From the NCBI GenBank assembly GCA_012295275.1, contig CM022668.1, positions 7,564,001-7,628,000 on the forward strand: DNA of 64,000 bases. The letters are read 5' to 3'. Origin of the DNA: Chrysomallon squamiferum. Its lineage: Eukaryota > Animalia > Mollusca. The notes under the pieces were generated by a model. The model was not told the origin of the DNA and made no database searches. It saw only the letters and a list, made by a program, of their open reading frames with translations. Shown here piece after piece: positions 1 through 13,755 of this stretch (the first letter of the stretch is position 1; the number at the start of each line of letters is the position of its first letter). The translations under genes and the position numbers were made by a program.

Positions 1-799
1 ATGTATGCATGTATGTATTATGAATATATCATTTATGCATGTATGTATCTATATATATATATATCATTTATATATCGATCTATGTATGTATCATTTATGT
101 ATGTACATGTATGGATTTATGTATATATAATGTGTTTTTATATTTGTATATGTATGTATGTATGTATGTATGGAGGTATGTATGTGTGTATGTGTGTATG
201 TGTGTATGTATGTATGTGTGTATGTATATATGTGTATATGTATGTATGTTGTATGTATGTATGTATGTATATATGCATATACATCTGTCTGTCTATGTAT
301 GTGTAGGTGTATATATATTTATGTGCATTCTGTCTGTCTGTATATTTGATGCATGTTTATATCTTCTACACCTTTCCTTTCTTCCCCCCACCCCATTTTG
401 TTTATTACATAGATAAGTTTATATTCTGATATAAGAGATAACAACTATCTAGGTGTTATTAAACTGTGAAAACATACACTCATGTTAGATCTAATTACCC
501 TTTCTTATTCTCTCTCTACAATAAATTTAAAGTCTATAATTATTGATAATAAACAATCTAATAAGATATTCGAAAAATAAAACTCCATTTATTACAACAA
601 ATATTGGCAAGGATATTTGAAATTAGTTTTCTGTAAGAAATGAATCAAGCAGAAATAAATGTAAAAATAATAAATGAATAAATAAAGAGATAAGTAAATA
701 GATAAATTAAAATAATAATAATAATAATAATAATAATAGTGATAATAAATAATAATAATAACATAATAATAATAAGAAGAAGAAGAAGAAGAGATAATA

Positions 800-838
<39 letters not shown>

Positions 839-1736
839 TAAAATTAATAAAATTAAAATTAAAAAAAATTAACAAGGAAAATTTTAAATTTTAAATTTAA
901 ATTAATGATAATAAAACGCTACAAAGAAGTTAAATCACTAGAATTATTTTGGGAAATGCTGAAAATTGTAAAAATATTTTCAGTTGTTATCTGCAGTGCT
1001 TCTGTGGGAGGGATCATTTGTGAATCTTGTAACAAGCAGACTTCAATTCTCTAATGGAGTTATTGCCATGGAAACAGTTGACTGACAATACAACTTCCAT
1101 TAAGTTAAAAACAGAGATATTTACGCCAAAATGGGTGCATATTAAAATGTAATTTAGGGGAAAATAAAGAAAATATTAAAAAAATCAAAATAATGAAAAA
1201 ATAAAAACGTGGATGTTAAATCAACTTTGTGAATTGAAGAATACTAAATAAGTTATTCAAAATAAATAAATAATTAAATAAATAAATAAACAAAAAATAC
1301 TAACTTTAATTTACTTTACAATACTTGATACTGTCATTTTATAACTGTATTTCTGTGTGTGTGTCTGTGTGTGTGTGTTTGTGTGTGTATGGTGCATGCA
1401 TATGTGTGTGTTGTGTGTCAATGTTAAAATGTGCTAACTGCATTATTAAAATACAATAATTCTTTCCATATTCTAAAATTAAAATGGCTAATATATGATT
1501 TCTATCTTTGATTATTGTAGTTTTATAGTATGTGTTCTTTGATTTAAGAAAATATTACAAGGATGGATCTAAGATGTCAGAAAGGGGTGACATTATGAGG
1601 AAGGATTCAGGTGCAAAAAGAAAAGAAGAAATTTAGGAAAGAAAGGGAAAAGAAATAATGGAAGAAAGAAGGAAAAAATAGTTCAGAAAAAAATAGGGTA
1701 CCAGATGTAGCCTTTATAATATATTTTTTGTGTGTG

Positions 1737-1788
<52 letters not shown>

Positions 1789-2316
1789 TATATCTGTAAA
1801 AAAAAATACTGATTTAAAAATAGAACATTATATTTTCCCTTCTGACATTTTTCCAAATGACATTATGTAATTGACTGTGTAATTAAGTGTAATACAGTTT
1901 AATACAATTACATGTATCACTTTGTTACTCATTACAAACAGCATCTAATGAGTTTAGTCATGTTACTATTTGTGTAACAATGTTAAACTACATACAACAT
2001 TGTGTTATGTCTACTAATGTTATTAGTGAGACTTTTTAGAACAATGGATTTAGTTATATTCTATTTTAAAATATTTTGCACTCAGACACCATTTTCTCTC
2101 TCTCAAGCTATTTCTTCCTCCCAAATCCATATCTTTCTGTCTTTCCTTGTTTGTTTCTTTCTTTCTCTCTCACCTTCATTATCTCTCTAATTCTCTTTAT
2201 GTTACTCTCACTCTGACTGTCTCAATGTCTGTCTCTATGTCTGTCTCCCATTCTTTATCTCTCTCTTTAATTCTACCACCCTTTCTCCCATTCTTTATCT
2301 CTCTCTTTAATTCTAC

Positions 2317-2420
<104 letters not shown>

Positions 2421-3133
2421 AGTCCTCGATACTCTTTGTATTTATCACTATGACAAGCATTTTTCCACCAACTGATGCTTAACATTTCCTTTTTCTCTTT
2501 TTATTCTCTCTGTCTAACATTTATTTATTTCACTTTTCATCTCTCTCTCCTTACTTCTCTCATTCTCTCTCTGTTACATGTTTTAACAAATCAGCTGATT
2601 CAGACACACCCTCTGTTAAAACTGCTGGATCCTCCCCTGCATGTCGCATGTGATTTGTATCAGATTTCTTTTCAGGGTCAGTGAATGTTTTATTCTGATA
2701 TTTTAATCAGAGCAACATTCTCATTATCAGATTGAAAAGCTGTGAAACAAGCAGCTTAGTTCAGATGTTTATCGCGCAGCTTAGTTCAGATGTTTATCAA
2801 GGTGAAAATAATCTTAACCTGCCTCACACCTGTGTTTTCTTTTCTTTTTTTAACTTTAACATTTTTCAAATCTTTTACTGTTTTTCTTATTGTTATTGTC
2901 TTTTTTTTTTTTTTTTTTTTTTTTTTGTTATCGTTGTAAATGTTGTAGTTGTCAACATTTTTGTTGTTGTTAATTTTGATCTTTTGTTCTTAATATCACT
3001 GTTAAAATTATTTTCATACTACTACTGCTGATGATTTTGCTACTACAACTACATCTTCTACTAACACTATTACTACTACTGCTGTTGCTAATATTATTAT
3101 TGTTGTTACCATCATAATCATAATTATTATTAT

Positions 3134-3165
<32 letters not shown>

Positions 3166-3384
3166 TTATTATAATTATCATTGTCATTATAGCTGTCACA
3201 CTCATTACAGGCAATCATGCCTTAAACAAATTTCTTAATATACTGTAAACAAATATTATATTCTTTATTTATTTATTTTTTACCTGTCAGGCAGGATTAC
3301 TGTCAACACAAAACAAAGTGATTATTAGATACACAAAGGAAAGAAAAAACAGTGTCTAAAAAACACCACAGAAAAAAAAAATAA

Positions 3385-4406
3385 TTCAAGTATGCGATAC
3401 AGGGTGTGTTCTCAACACAACAAAAACTGTCATTACAAATAAAAATTGTTAATTTTTTTTTTTTTTCATTTACCTGTTCAAACATATTTTAATGATAACA
3501 ATGGAGATGATTTGAAATGTGGTTATTTTTGACACTGGTAGCCTTCGAGTGAAATAAAGTGTTTGTCCTTGGGGGAGGGGATGGGTAGGTGGGTGGGAGA
3601 TATGTATCTAAGTAAGCATGTATGTATGTATGTATGTATGTATGTCCTTAATTTGTTGTTGTGTATCTGTGTTTGAATATAATGTGTGTTTAGTTTATTT
3701 TTATATAGTTATGCATGTGCATGTGTGTTTATGTCTGAGTAATAATTACTATACTGATTACTTTGTTCAACATAGAATCCTTTATTATATATATATATAC
3801 ACACACATAGGTTATCATACACATACACACACATACACACATATACACATATACATAGGTTATCATTACAATGTATTAATAGAGATAGTGATTAAAACAA
3901 TGTACTCTTGTAAAATGAAATTGTCACAATTCAGTGTTTATTCGTATTATATGATGTTATTGAAAATATCGAACTTGGAAATGGTCAATATTTTGAGATA
4001 GAATGAATGAAAGAATAAAGAATGAATGAATGAATGAATCATTACCCATCAGTATGAAACCAATAGCAATTAGTTGTCAATGGAATTGTATGTGAATGCA
4101 CAACATCAGTGAATCAATATTTAAATGTATTTTCATCCAGGAAAAATCATCACCATCATCATCATCATCACCATTAAACACACCAGCATAAAGAAAACAC
4201 TGAGTATGCAATACAATGTGTATTTACTGTAACAAAAAAATCCCATTATAAAATAATAATTAGTAAATGTATTTCTCATATTCCTGTCCAAACATATTTC
4301 AATGATGACAATGGAGGTCATTTGAAAAGTGGCTGTTTTTGACAAAGTAGTCTTCAATTGAAATAAAGTGTTTGAGTATGTATGGGGGAAGGGGAAGGGT
4401 ATGTGG

Positions 4407-4457
<51 letters not shown>

Positions 4458-4720
4458 ATGTGCATACATGTGCATATGTATAGAAGGTAAAAATCTAATT
4501 TATACACTAATATTGTCCAAGTTATAAAATGAAAGAATGAAAGAAATAATGAATGAACAATGAATGAATAAAGAATGAATGAATGAATGAAGAATGAATA
4601 AATGAATGAATGATATCCCATCAATATGAAATCAGTAGCAACTAGTTAGAAAAAGAATTGTAAAAAAATTAATGTAATGTCATCCAGAAAATTATTATCA
4701 GCATCATAATCATCATTATT
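3385..4720. repeat. Old diverged tandem duplication (about 3385-4170 and 4200-4720)
   Basis: Paired blocks in the same order: aaacatatttYaatgatRacaatggag...tgaaataaagtgtttg...gggggaRggg at about 3480-3590 and 4290-4400, and cccatcaRtatgaaaYcaRtagcaaYtagtt at about 4045 and 4617. Confidence 0.8.
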
Positions 4721-5034
4721 ATTTCAATTATTATTATTATTATTTCAATTATTATTATTATTATTATTTCAATTATTATTATTATTATTATTATTATTGT
4801 TATAAGACTCTAAAAGAAATAGATTTTCAAACTCCTCCAAATCAAACAGTACAGTTTTCACTCACAGGTGGAGGATTAACAACTCACAGATAATACTTAG
4901 TTGTGGATTAATGAGCAGGTAAGAAAATACAGTTAATCCAGATTAGCATAATCTGACCATTTTGAACTCTTAGTATGCTCAAACTAATGTTCATGCATTC
5001 CTGTCACTTTGATTTAAGATATCACATTTTAATA

Positions 5035-5065
<31 letters not shown>

Positions 5066-5831
5066 TTATATGTATGTATGTATGTATCTATGTATATATG
5101 TATGTGTGTGTGTGTGTTTATGCATACACACACACACATAAATGAAAAATGATTTATTTTATTAAATCTCTATGTATAAAAATTGTGAGTTTGTGACAGG
5201 ATTAGGCAAAAGTTAAATGAGGCCACTAAGGGGAATTGATCTTTTGACTCATCACATCTCAGAGGGAAAGAGAGAGAGAAGGCAAGTAGAGAAAAGAAAA
5301 GATATAGAAAGAAAGAGAAAGTGAAAAATGAAAGAACAGAGAATGACACAATAAATGATATGAGAGATAGATAGAAAAGAAAACAGAAAAATAGAATGAA
5401 AAAGAGAATAAAAGAGAGAGAGAATGAAAGAACTGAGAAAGATAAATAAATATAAAAATACAAAGATAGCGAGAAAGTAAGAAAAAGATGCAGAAAAGAG
5501 AAAGAGAAAAACCAGAATAAAAGAATAAGATTCAAAGAGATAGACAGAAATAGAAAAATAAAAAAAAGAGAAATGGAAACAGAGAAAGATAAAAAAAAGG
5601 AACAAGAAAAGAGAGAAATAAAATAAAAAGAAGAAGAAGAAGAAGAAACATAAAAAAGTAAGAAGAAAAATTAGAAGAAAGAGGAAAACTAGAGAAGAAG
5701 AGAAAGAGAAAGAAGAAGAGAAAAAATAAAAAAGAAGATAAAAAAAGAAAAAAAACCTATAAAGAAGAAGAAGAAGAAACCAGAAAGAAGATTAAAAGCA
5801 GAAACAAGATACTACTTGTGTTTTCACATAC

Positions 5832-5871
5832 CTCTTCGAGTGGTAGTCGCAGATTTCCACCTTCGATACAT
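5832..5871 (-). CDS. Candidate alternative first coding exon: MYRRWKSATTTRR + 1 nt (phase 1)
   Basis: The ATG at 5871 has an in-frame TGA 7 codons upstream. The exon ends at a strong donor GAG|GTATGT (GT at 5831-5830). It lies in a CpG-containing, higher-complexity island (about 5830-6030) next to low-complexity DNA. It is short, so a chance match cannot be excluded. Confidence 0.4.
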
Positions 5872-6350
5872 ATCAGTGCTGAGCGTGTGTCATTCCGAGA
5901 GTGACAATTACCAAAGTGTGTCACACACTAACCTTGTGTAACTACAACAGTCTCTGTCCCCCACCACGACCGGTCACACCCAATTACTTCCAAAAAACTC
6001 AATCAGAAAAAATACCCACACGTCACTTTAATTAAAAAACATAACAACAACAACAATACACCTGTTGTTCACATCCATCACGAAATAACATTTATATATA
6101 TACATATACAGTATTATTAAATCCTGTAGAACTTATATAAATATATTAAACTGTGTTTCCACCCATTGGCTCAGGCAGTGCAAGTAAATCTGTTTTTGGC
6201 AATTGATATAATATACACATAATCCAGCATGAATGATGAGATCAAACGAGGTTGTACGACAAAGTTTTTCAAAGCGTGATACAATTGTAGTACAAAAGTG
6301 GATGGCAACGTTGAGTGGAGTCGTTGTGACGTGAAAATGACCTCACACTC

Positions 6351-6429
<79 letters not shown>

Positions 6430-8138
6430 GAGGGGTGGAGAAGATAATGGAGTAATTAAACACAAAGGTGAAGACCAGTCACAGGCCATTAAACAAGAGT
6501 ACAAAACACGTACATAAATCATTCAGTTATCTCTCGCCCATACACGTACATACACACACTCCACCATGTTAGAAGAGCGACAACAAGCAAGTTCAATAAA
6601 TACATGTATACCCATACACAGACATGCCCAGCACATTAGCTACAGACACTTACAGACAATGTGTATAGTACAGACACAGAAACACCCAGCAAATTAGACA
6701 TAGACTCAGAAAATACAGATATTTTGACACAAACACAGACAAATGTTTGACACATACATCGTCATGTACAGTTACACTTAAACACAAAGTACCATGAAAT
6801 AAAATCAGACAGACAGACAGACAGACACACACACACATACAAATAACCATACACATATCCAGACAGAGAACATTAAAATGTTAAAACCATGTTTATCACA
6901 AACAAAAAATCTGAGTGGGTTCCCATCACTTCATTCTCTGTGTTAAAAACTGTTATCAACCTTTCACAATAAAACATCAGACCTGTGAAATAAAATAAAT
7001 AAATACCCCATACCTTGTTAATTACCCACAATGCATCATAATACTTGTAAAAAAACAAAAAGTAATAATCTGAACCCACAGTAGATAATGGCATTCTTTG
7101 ATCTAGACCTCTGGAGCAATGTGTATGTTTAGGTGGTAAAATTTGCAATAATTAAATAAACATAAACTAAAGGTTTTGAATTTTTTACAAACCATTTTCA
7201 CCAATGAAAACATAATTTTTTTATCTTTATATTTTACATTTATATAATCATGGTCAGATTTATCTTTTTTCTCTACTCTTTATAATATACTAGTCACTGT
7301 ATCAAGACAAAAAAAAAGACAAAAAAAAAAAGAAGATATTTAAGTGATCATGCGTGGTAGTCTCCCTTTCTTCTCTTTAAACTTATCTATTTTTATCTTT
7401 CTTCCGTTTTAAAAAAAAAATTGATTTCTTAATTATTCTCAAAGTCAACTCATCACAAACTTCCACCTACTCAAAACCAATTCACAGCCTACTCAAAACT
7501 CACCCACTCAACATCCATACTCTCTGACTTCTTAATAATCCATTAAATGATATAGCTTCTGTCTAACTGAATTTTGAACTCAGAGATGCAGAAACACACA
7601 CATACCTAGATATAAATGCACACACACACACACACATATACAAACACACACAAGACAAACACACACACACAAATACTTAACATGTACCTATACTTATAGT
7701 CACACACAGATATTAAACATAGAGACACACACACACACACACATAACATATACAATTAGATAACATATACATATACAGAATCAGATATCCATATCTATAT
7801 ATTCCTCACACACATAAACCATGAACAGACACATAATGGCCACGCACAGACATACACAGACAGACAGACAGACAGATAGATACTATTTTCTCACCATCAC
7901 ACATTTCTAGTGTACAGACATGGAAGCTATATCTGACATATGTTAGTAGTTATAGCAACATCTGTTCTGTGTTTATTATTGCTCCAACCATTCCACTGCT
8001 CTGTGTACATTTTTACCTGCATCACGTATTCCCTAATTGCTTTTTCAGTTTTCATGTAGTAAATAAACAAAAATCTTCACCAATTTGTTAATAGTCTGGT
8101 GAAAGGGTAAATAAATAATTTAGGTATATGTATCAATG

Positions 8139-8223
8139 ATACATACATACATACATACAAACATACATACATACATACATACATACATACATACATACAT
8201 ACATACATACATACATACATACA

Positions 8224-8252
<29 letters not shown>
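8139..8252. repeat. (CATA)n tetranucleotide microsatellite
   Basis: Near-perfect run. Related tracts at 1-350 and about 32275-32330. Confidence 0.97.
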
Positions 8253-8257
<5 letters not shown>

Positions 8258-8274
8258 AACTCATACACATGCAC

Positions 8275-8308
<34 letters not shown>

Positions 8309-9784
8309 TGAGAAACAGATGGAGAGGAAGAGAGAGACAGAGAAATATAAAGGAGAGAGATATATTTGCAAAATAAGAATTGCAAGTAAGAATGAGAAAG
8401 AAAAACCCTGAGAAATAAAGAGTACACAATAGAGAGACAGACAGAATATATGACTGAGAGAAGAGAGTGAGAGAAAATGAGAGGGAAGGATTGCAAAATA
8501 AAGTGAAAAAGAAAAAGAAAGAGAAATAGAGGAAAAACAAATATGATGAGAGAGAGAGAGAAAAACACTGACAGAAAGACTGAACAGGAGAAAAACTGAG
8601 TGTGAGAGAAAGAGATGAGAGAGAGACAGAAGGAGAGATGAGAGACAAAGATAAAACAGACACAAACTATTCTGACAGACACAGAACACATTACACTAAC
8701 ACACACACACAAAATGTAAAATTCTTTGCTGCTATCTTCTGTAAGTTCAGACAAGCGAGGATTATTTACGTTCACGTGACAACAAGCAGTTACAGGTAAA
8801 CGCATGTCAGGTATTCAGAGAGAAAAACAAAAGCTAACACAACTGTAGCATGTGTTCTGCAAGGGAGACAACTCCACTGAGATAATGTGTCGAGAGTGTT
8901 TTTTTTTCATTTTCACTGAGATAAGACTAGCTGAAAGCATTTGTCAGTTAGATGCACCAGTAATTTGAAAGTTTAAGAAAGTGTAAAGATTGCGTAAGAT
9001 ATTCTGTCTTCTCCATTTTTTTTTTTATTATTATTATTTTTTTTTATCTACATTTTTTTTTATCTAATTTCTTTCTCATTTTTTTAATTTATTTTTTACT
9101 TCTGCCTGTTTTTAAAGCTATATAACTGGATTTCTTTTTTGGCTTTTTTCTTTTTTCTTTCACACATTCTTTTCGTTTTATACTTCTTTAAGTGTTTCTT
9201 TCTAAGCTTTGTTTTTGAATCATCAATCTTTTATCAAGTGAATGGGAATAACAGAACAATAAAAAGTTTGAAAAAGTGAAAAAAAGCAACAAGATAAAAT
9301 CTAAAGAAATGGTTTGAAAGAATACTATAGGATTGCATTGAATTTTTAAAACTAAAAAAATAATTTCTCTCTCTCTCTCTCTCTCTCTCAATTACTTAAC
9401 ACCTATAAAAAATGAAGAGATGTACTATTAGTGTTCCTGTCATTTCTCATTACAATAAAGATTTCAGAAAACTGTTTTTAGAAAATCTTGGAAAAAACAG
9501 AAACTAAAAGTGAGACAGCTGGCTGGGACTATAAACATCTCTGCAGTCTTTCATTACACAAAATCATCTCAATTTCAGAGTCAAAGTTTTTTAAATCTTC
9601 AAAATGAATTTGAAAATTTCTAATTCCTAATCTGTCAACATCAAAGTCATAAATTCTGAAGACTTTGTCATAATTATAAGGAAATAAAAACTTTTATGAA
9701 GACATCTTTTTTCAGTCTCTTTCTATGAAGTTCTTTTTTATCTTTATAATTTTCTTCTGTTTCTCACTTTTATACTGCTCTCTG

Positions 9785-9935
<151 letters not shown>

Positions 9936-10169
9936 ATAACATATATGATTTGGTATTAAATTTCTACAAATATCTCTATGTATCTGAATATGCTTGTCCA
10001 TGTGTGTTTGTATACATCTATATCTATATGTGTTTTATATAGGTATGTGATTATTTTCACCATAGATAAGAACAGATTTATCTTAGAAATTTGTAAACAC
10101 ATAAACAAACTATTTAATGCAGGCACATTCCTAAACATGTCCAGGTGTTAACAAGATTAAAGAGAGAAA

Positions 10170-10219
10170 AGGTCAGGTCAGGTCAGGTCAGGTCAGGTCA
10201 GGTCAGGTCAGGTCAGGTA
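10170..10219. repeat. (AGGTC)n pentanucleotide microsatellite
   Basis: About 9-10 perfect copies. Confidence 0.95.
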
Positions 10220-10309
10220 GGTATGAGAATCCATAATGTATCACTGTACAAAAGAGATGTTTGTCTGTGTTCTTGTGAAAGGTAGATAACTCATGGGTGG
10301 ATAAAATGA

Positions 10310-10630
10310 CGCAAGAACAAAATAGCTGATTGGCCAGTTTGGCACTACAACGATAGAGCTGATAGGTCAGTTTGAAACTAGATTAAAACAGCTGATTGGT
10401 CAGTTTGTTACAAGAACAAAACAGCTGATTGGTTAATTTCATACAAGTACCTAACACCTGACAAAAGTACTGAAGATTTTGATTGGCCCTAAGTGACAGA
10501 AATACGTAACAGCTCAGTGGTTAATACTGAGAAGTATCGTGACTTTTGATTGGTTAATACTGGCAGAAGTGTTGTGCAAGCTGATTGGACCAGACTGACA
10601 GAAAGTACGTAACAGGTGATTGGTCAGCTG
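10310..10630 (-). repeat. Degenerate 33-35-bp tandem repeat centred on CCAAT boxes (TGATTGG on + strand)
   Basis: ATTGG at 10329, 10395, 10428, 10482, 10549, 10584 and 10619, with variants ATAGG at 10362 and AGTGG at 10516. Confidence 0.7.
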
Positions 10631-11658
10631 GTCTAAGCTGATTGCTAAGAGGTGTTGGGGGGATTATGTTGTGTAAATACTTGAGGTATTTATTGTGGTC
10701 AACTTGTTAATGTTTTGTCCAGGTTTTATGTCCTGAATAATGAGGCCATGTTGGCTGACCTCGGTTGACCTGGAAATATGTTAATGTGGTTGACCTGGAA
10801 ATATGTTAATGTGGTTGAGATCAATGACATATTGACAGCCAAGTGACACTGTCTGTTTGTTTGTTTGTTTGTTTGTATCCACAACCAAATTATTTATCTG
10901 TTTGTACTAGGAGTCACAGAATTAATTACTTCATTCATTTGTTCAATCATTTATTCATCCATCCATTCATCCTTTCATCTGTAACTCAACAATTTTTGAA
11001 AAAGTAGGCACAGATTTTCTTCTTTTTAAATTTTATTTATTTATTTATTTGATTTAAACTGATTAATTAATCAGGTATTTTTTCATTTCATTTTTCTGTT
11101 ATTTTTAAAAAATCATACATTTGATAAAAATATTTCTGATATATTCAAATGAAAATGTGTATTAAATAAATAAGATATTACATACGAGTAAATATATATT
11201 TAATACATTTTATTAACTAATAAATATATATAAATAAAACACATAAGTAAACAACATATTAAAATTAGATAAATACTGCAACAAAAAAAAGTAAACTTAT
11301 GGTAAAAATAAATATTTTTAAATAAATTAATTTGAAACAAAAATAAAAACAACATAAATAAATACATTTAAAAAATAAAATAAAAAGAAGTGCTCCATAC
11401 ATAAATAAATAAATCTGGAAATATATATATATAAAAAAAAAAAAAATCACAAAACAAATAACAATATTTTATTAAATAAATACTACAAAAAAATATATAA
11501 AAAAATTGGAAAAATCGGAGATATAAATGAAACACTGTGAGATATAAATAAAAGATCAATATGTCACACTAAGCACATGAATAAAAACTGCTGTCTAACA
11601 GGGCTCATTAGAATTGTGAAATAGCGTTTTCTATACAACTCGCGGAGAACTGATACTT

Positions 11659-11790
11659 TTAACGTCACAACCTACGTGGAGGGCTGGAGCAAGGCTTGAC
11701 GTCAATGTGCCGGATAAAAGCTTTATTCTGCGTACAATTACATGAGCTTTATGACACCATTAATACAGAACCATATGGACAATAAATTCC
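11659..11790. promoter_or_regulatory. CRE/homeodomain-motif module, copy A
   Basis: TTGACGTCAA palindrome at 11696-11705 with a half-CRE ACGTCA upstream, followed by ATAAAAGCTTTA, CAATTA, TTTATGA and GACAATAAATT. Collinear with copy B. Confidence 0.55.
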
Positions 11791-12155
11791 GTTGTAACAC
11801 AGTTTCATGACAACCAGTGGTATACATCTTAATTATCAATTGAGGAGTATTCTATTATTAGAAAGCTGTTGGGTTAGTTGTAAATGAGGGTATTAAAACG
11901 ACAGAAGAAAAGAATAAAGGAATGGATGGTTTATGGTGTTGATTGTGGGTTAAATAAATAAATAAAATAAAACAGTAATGGGTTGTTGAGGTTAAATGGA
12001 AGGAGCAGGGGAATAAAAAGAGAAAATAAAGTGGAGAAAAGAAATTAAAGGTTAGGTAAGTAAGTGAATAAATCAATAAAATAAAAAGTAAATGAGTGAG
12101 GCAGAATGAGAGAAAGATAAATGAAAAAATAAGTTAATGACAGAGAGAGAGAGAG

Positions 12156-12233
<78 letters not shown>

Positions 12234-12464
12234 AGAGAGAGAGAGAGAATAAATGAATAAGAGAGAAAGAGTAGAGAATCAGAAAGGGAAAGAAATACAG
12301 AGATAGAGAGAAAAAAAAAAAGAGAGGGAGAGAATGAGAGAAAAGAAAAGTAAAGAAAGAAAGAAAGAAAAAGGTAGACAGAGATACACACACACACACA
12401 ACACAAACAAAAATAATATAGAAGTAACATTAAAAGCTGAAAAAGAAAAAGAAAAAGAAGAAAT

Positions 12465-12660
12465 TAAGGAGCACCAGTTAGAATGTCATATAACATAATG
12501 TATATATTATACAGTTTTGATCTTGTGACCCAGCAGACAAACAAATCTGTAACTAAACACCATCTACCACACACTGGCATATTCACGGAGCACCAGTTAG
12601 AACTGGAAAAAACCCATTATTCGATTCAGACGAATTGAACCCATAATCTATCACACCTCA
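12465..12660 (-). mobile_element. Decayed SINE 5' part(s)
   Basis: Minus strand has a B-box-like GGGTTCAATTC followed by ttttccagttctaactggtgctcc, similar to tttcacattccaaccagtgctc at about 55686. The 16-mer GGAGCACCAGTTAGAA occurs at both 12468 and 12587. Confidence 0.5.
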
Positions 12661-12719
12661 TAAAACCAGTAATCAAGTTACTCACACATGCAAAAGGAGG
12701 CTGTAATTGTTAGTAAAGC

Positions 12720-12858
12720 GTTCATGACGTCACCACTGTCCTAACAACAGCCACTACACAACACTGACGTCACTACAACACATAAAGCTTTACGCTGCTT
12801 GCAATTACGTGAAGTTTTATGGCACCGTAACTCGCAGACGATACAGACAATAAATTAG
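12720..12858. promoter_or_regulatory. CRE/homeodomain-motif module, copy B
   Basis: Two perfect TGACGTCA sites (12725-12732, 12765-12772), followed by ATAAAGCTTTA, CAATTA, TTTTATGG and GACAATAAATT in the same order and near-identical spacing as copy A. Confidence 0.55.
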
Positions 12859-13056
12859 CGAGAGGTATATGATTGGCAGGGTGCAGTACGGATATTGATT
12901 ACACATCATTCTCTTATTTAACCTGCAGTTAGCCCGGTACTAAAATAAGAGTCTGCACATTAATTCCTGTAGACTGATAGCTGCGTTTATATATTTATAT
13001 TTTATTTCATTATTATTGTTTATTTTAATATATTTTTTGTTTGATTATATAAGTCG

Positions 13057-13089
<33 letters not shown>

Positions 13090-13277
13090 CCTGTCTATCT
13101 CTTTATATATACACACACACACACACATACACACACACACATATAATTTTATTTTATTTTATTCTATTTTTTTAATATATTTTAATTCTTATATTTCTTG
13201 AATGTTGTAAAAAGTAGTAATTGAAGAATATTATTTTCTCTATCTTACAAGCATTTGTTTATAATATCCATTCTTTC

Positions 13278-13385
<108 letters not shown>

Positions 13386-13556
13386 TATATTGCTATATAA
13401 CAAGATGATATCCTGGCATCATGCTAAACTGATGAAAACATGATACAGTGTAATGAAGGTTAACTCAGTGTACTGTTACCATAGAAACAGGAGAAGTTAA
13501 AATATTTTTACCATAATAGTAGTTACCACAGAACGTGGGGTAGTTAAAATATTTCA

Positions 13557-13612
<56 letters not shown>

Positions 13613-13619
13613 CAACAAT

Positions 13620-13687
<68 letters not shown>

Positions 13688-13755
13688 TAACAATAACAAT
13701 AATAATAACAATAATAATAATAATAATAATAATAATCATAGCAATAATAATAATA
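13557..13755. repeat. Compound (AAT)n/(AAC)n microsatellite
   Basis: Directly visible. Similar AAT/ATT tracts at about 707-840, 25560-25980, 41075-41170 and 41510-41727. Confidence 0.97.

Noticed and set aside
10170-10219. Overlapping AGGTCA nuclear-receptor half-sites
   Set aside because: This is a simple pentanucleotide microsatellite, and the half-sites overlap rather than forming a standard direct-repeat spacing.
11643-11655. CGGAGAACTGATA, a 13-nt match to the middle of miR-184
   Set aside because: The seed (TGGA) and 3' end do not match, and there is no adequate complementary arm.
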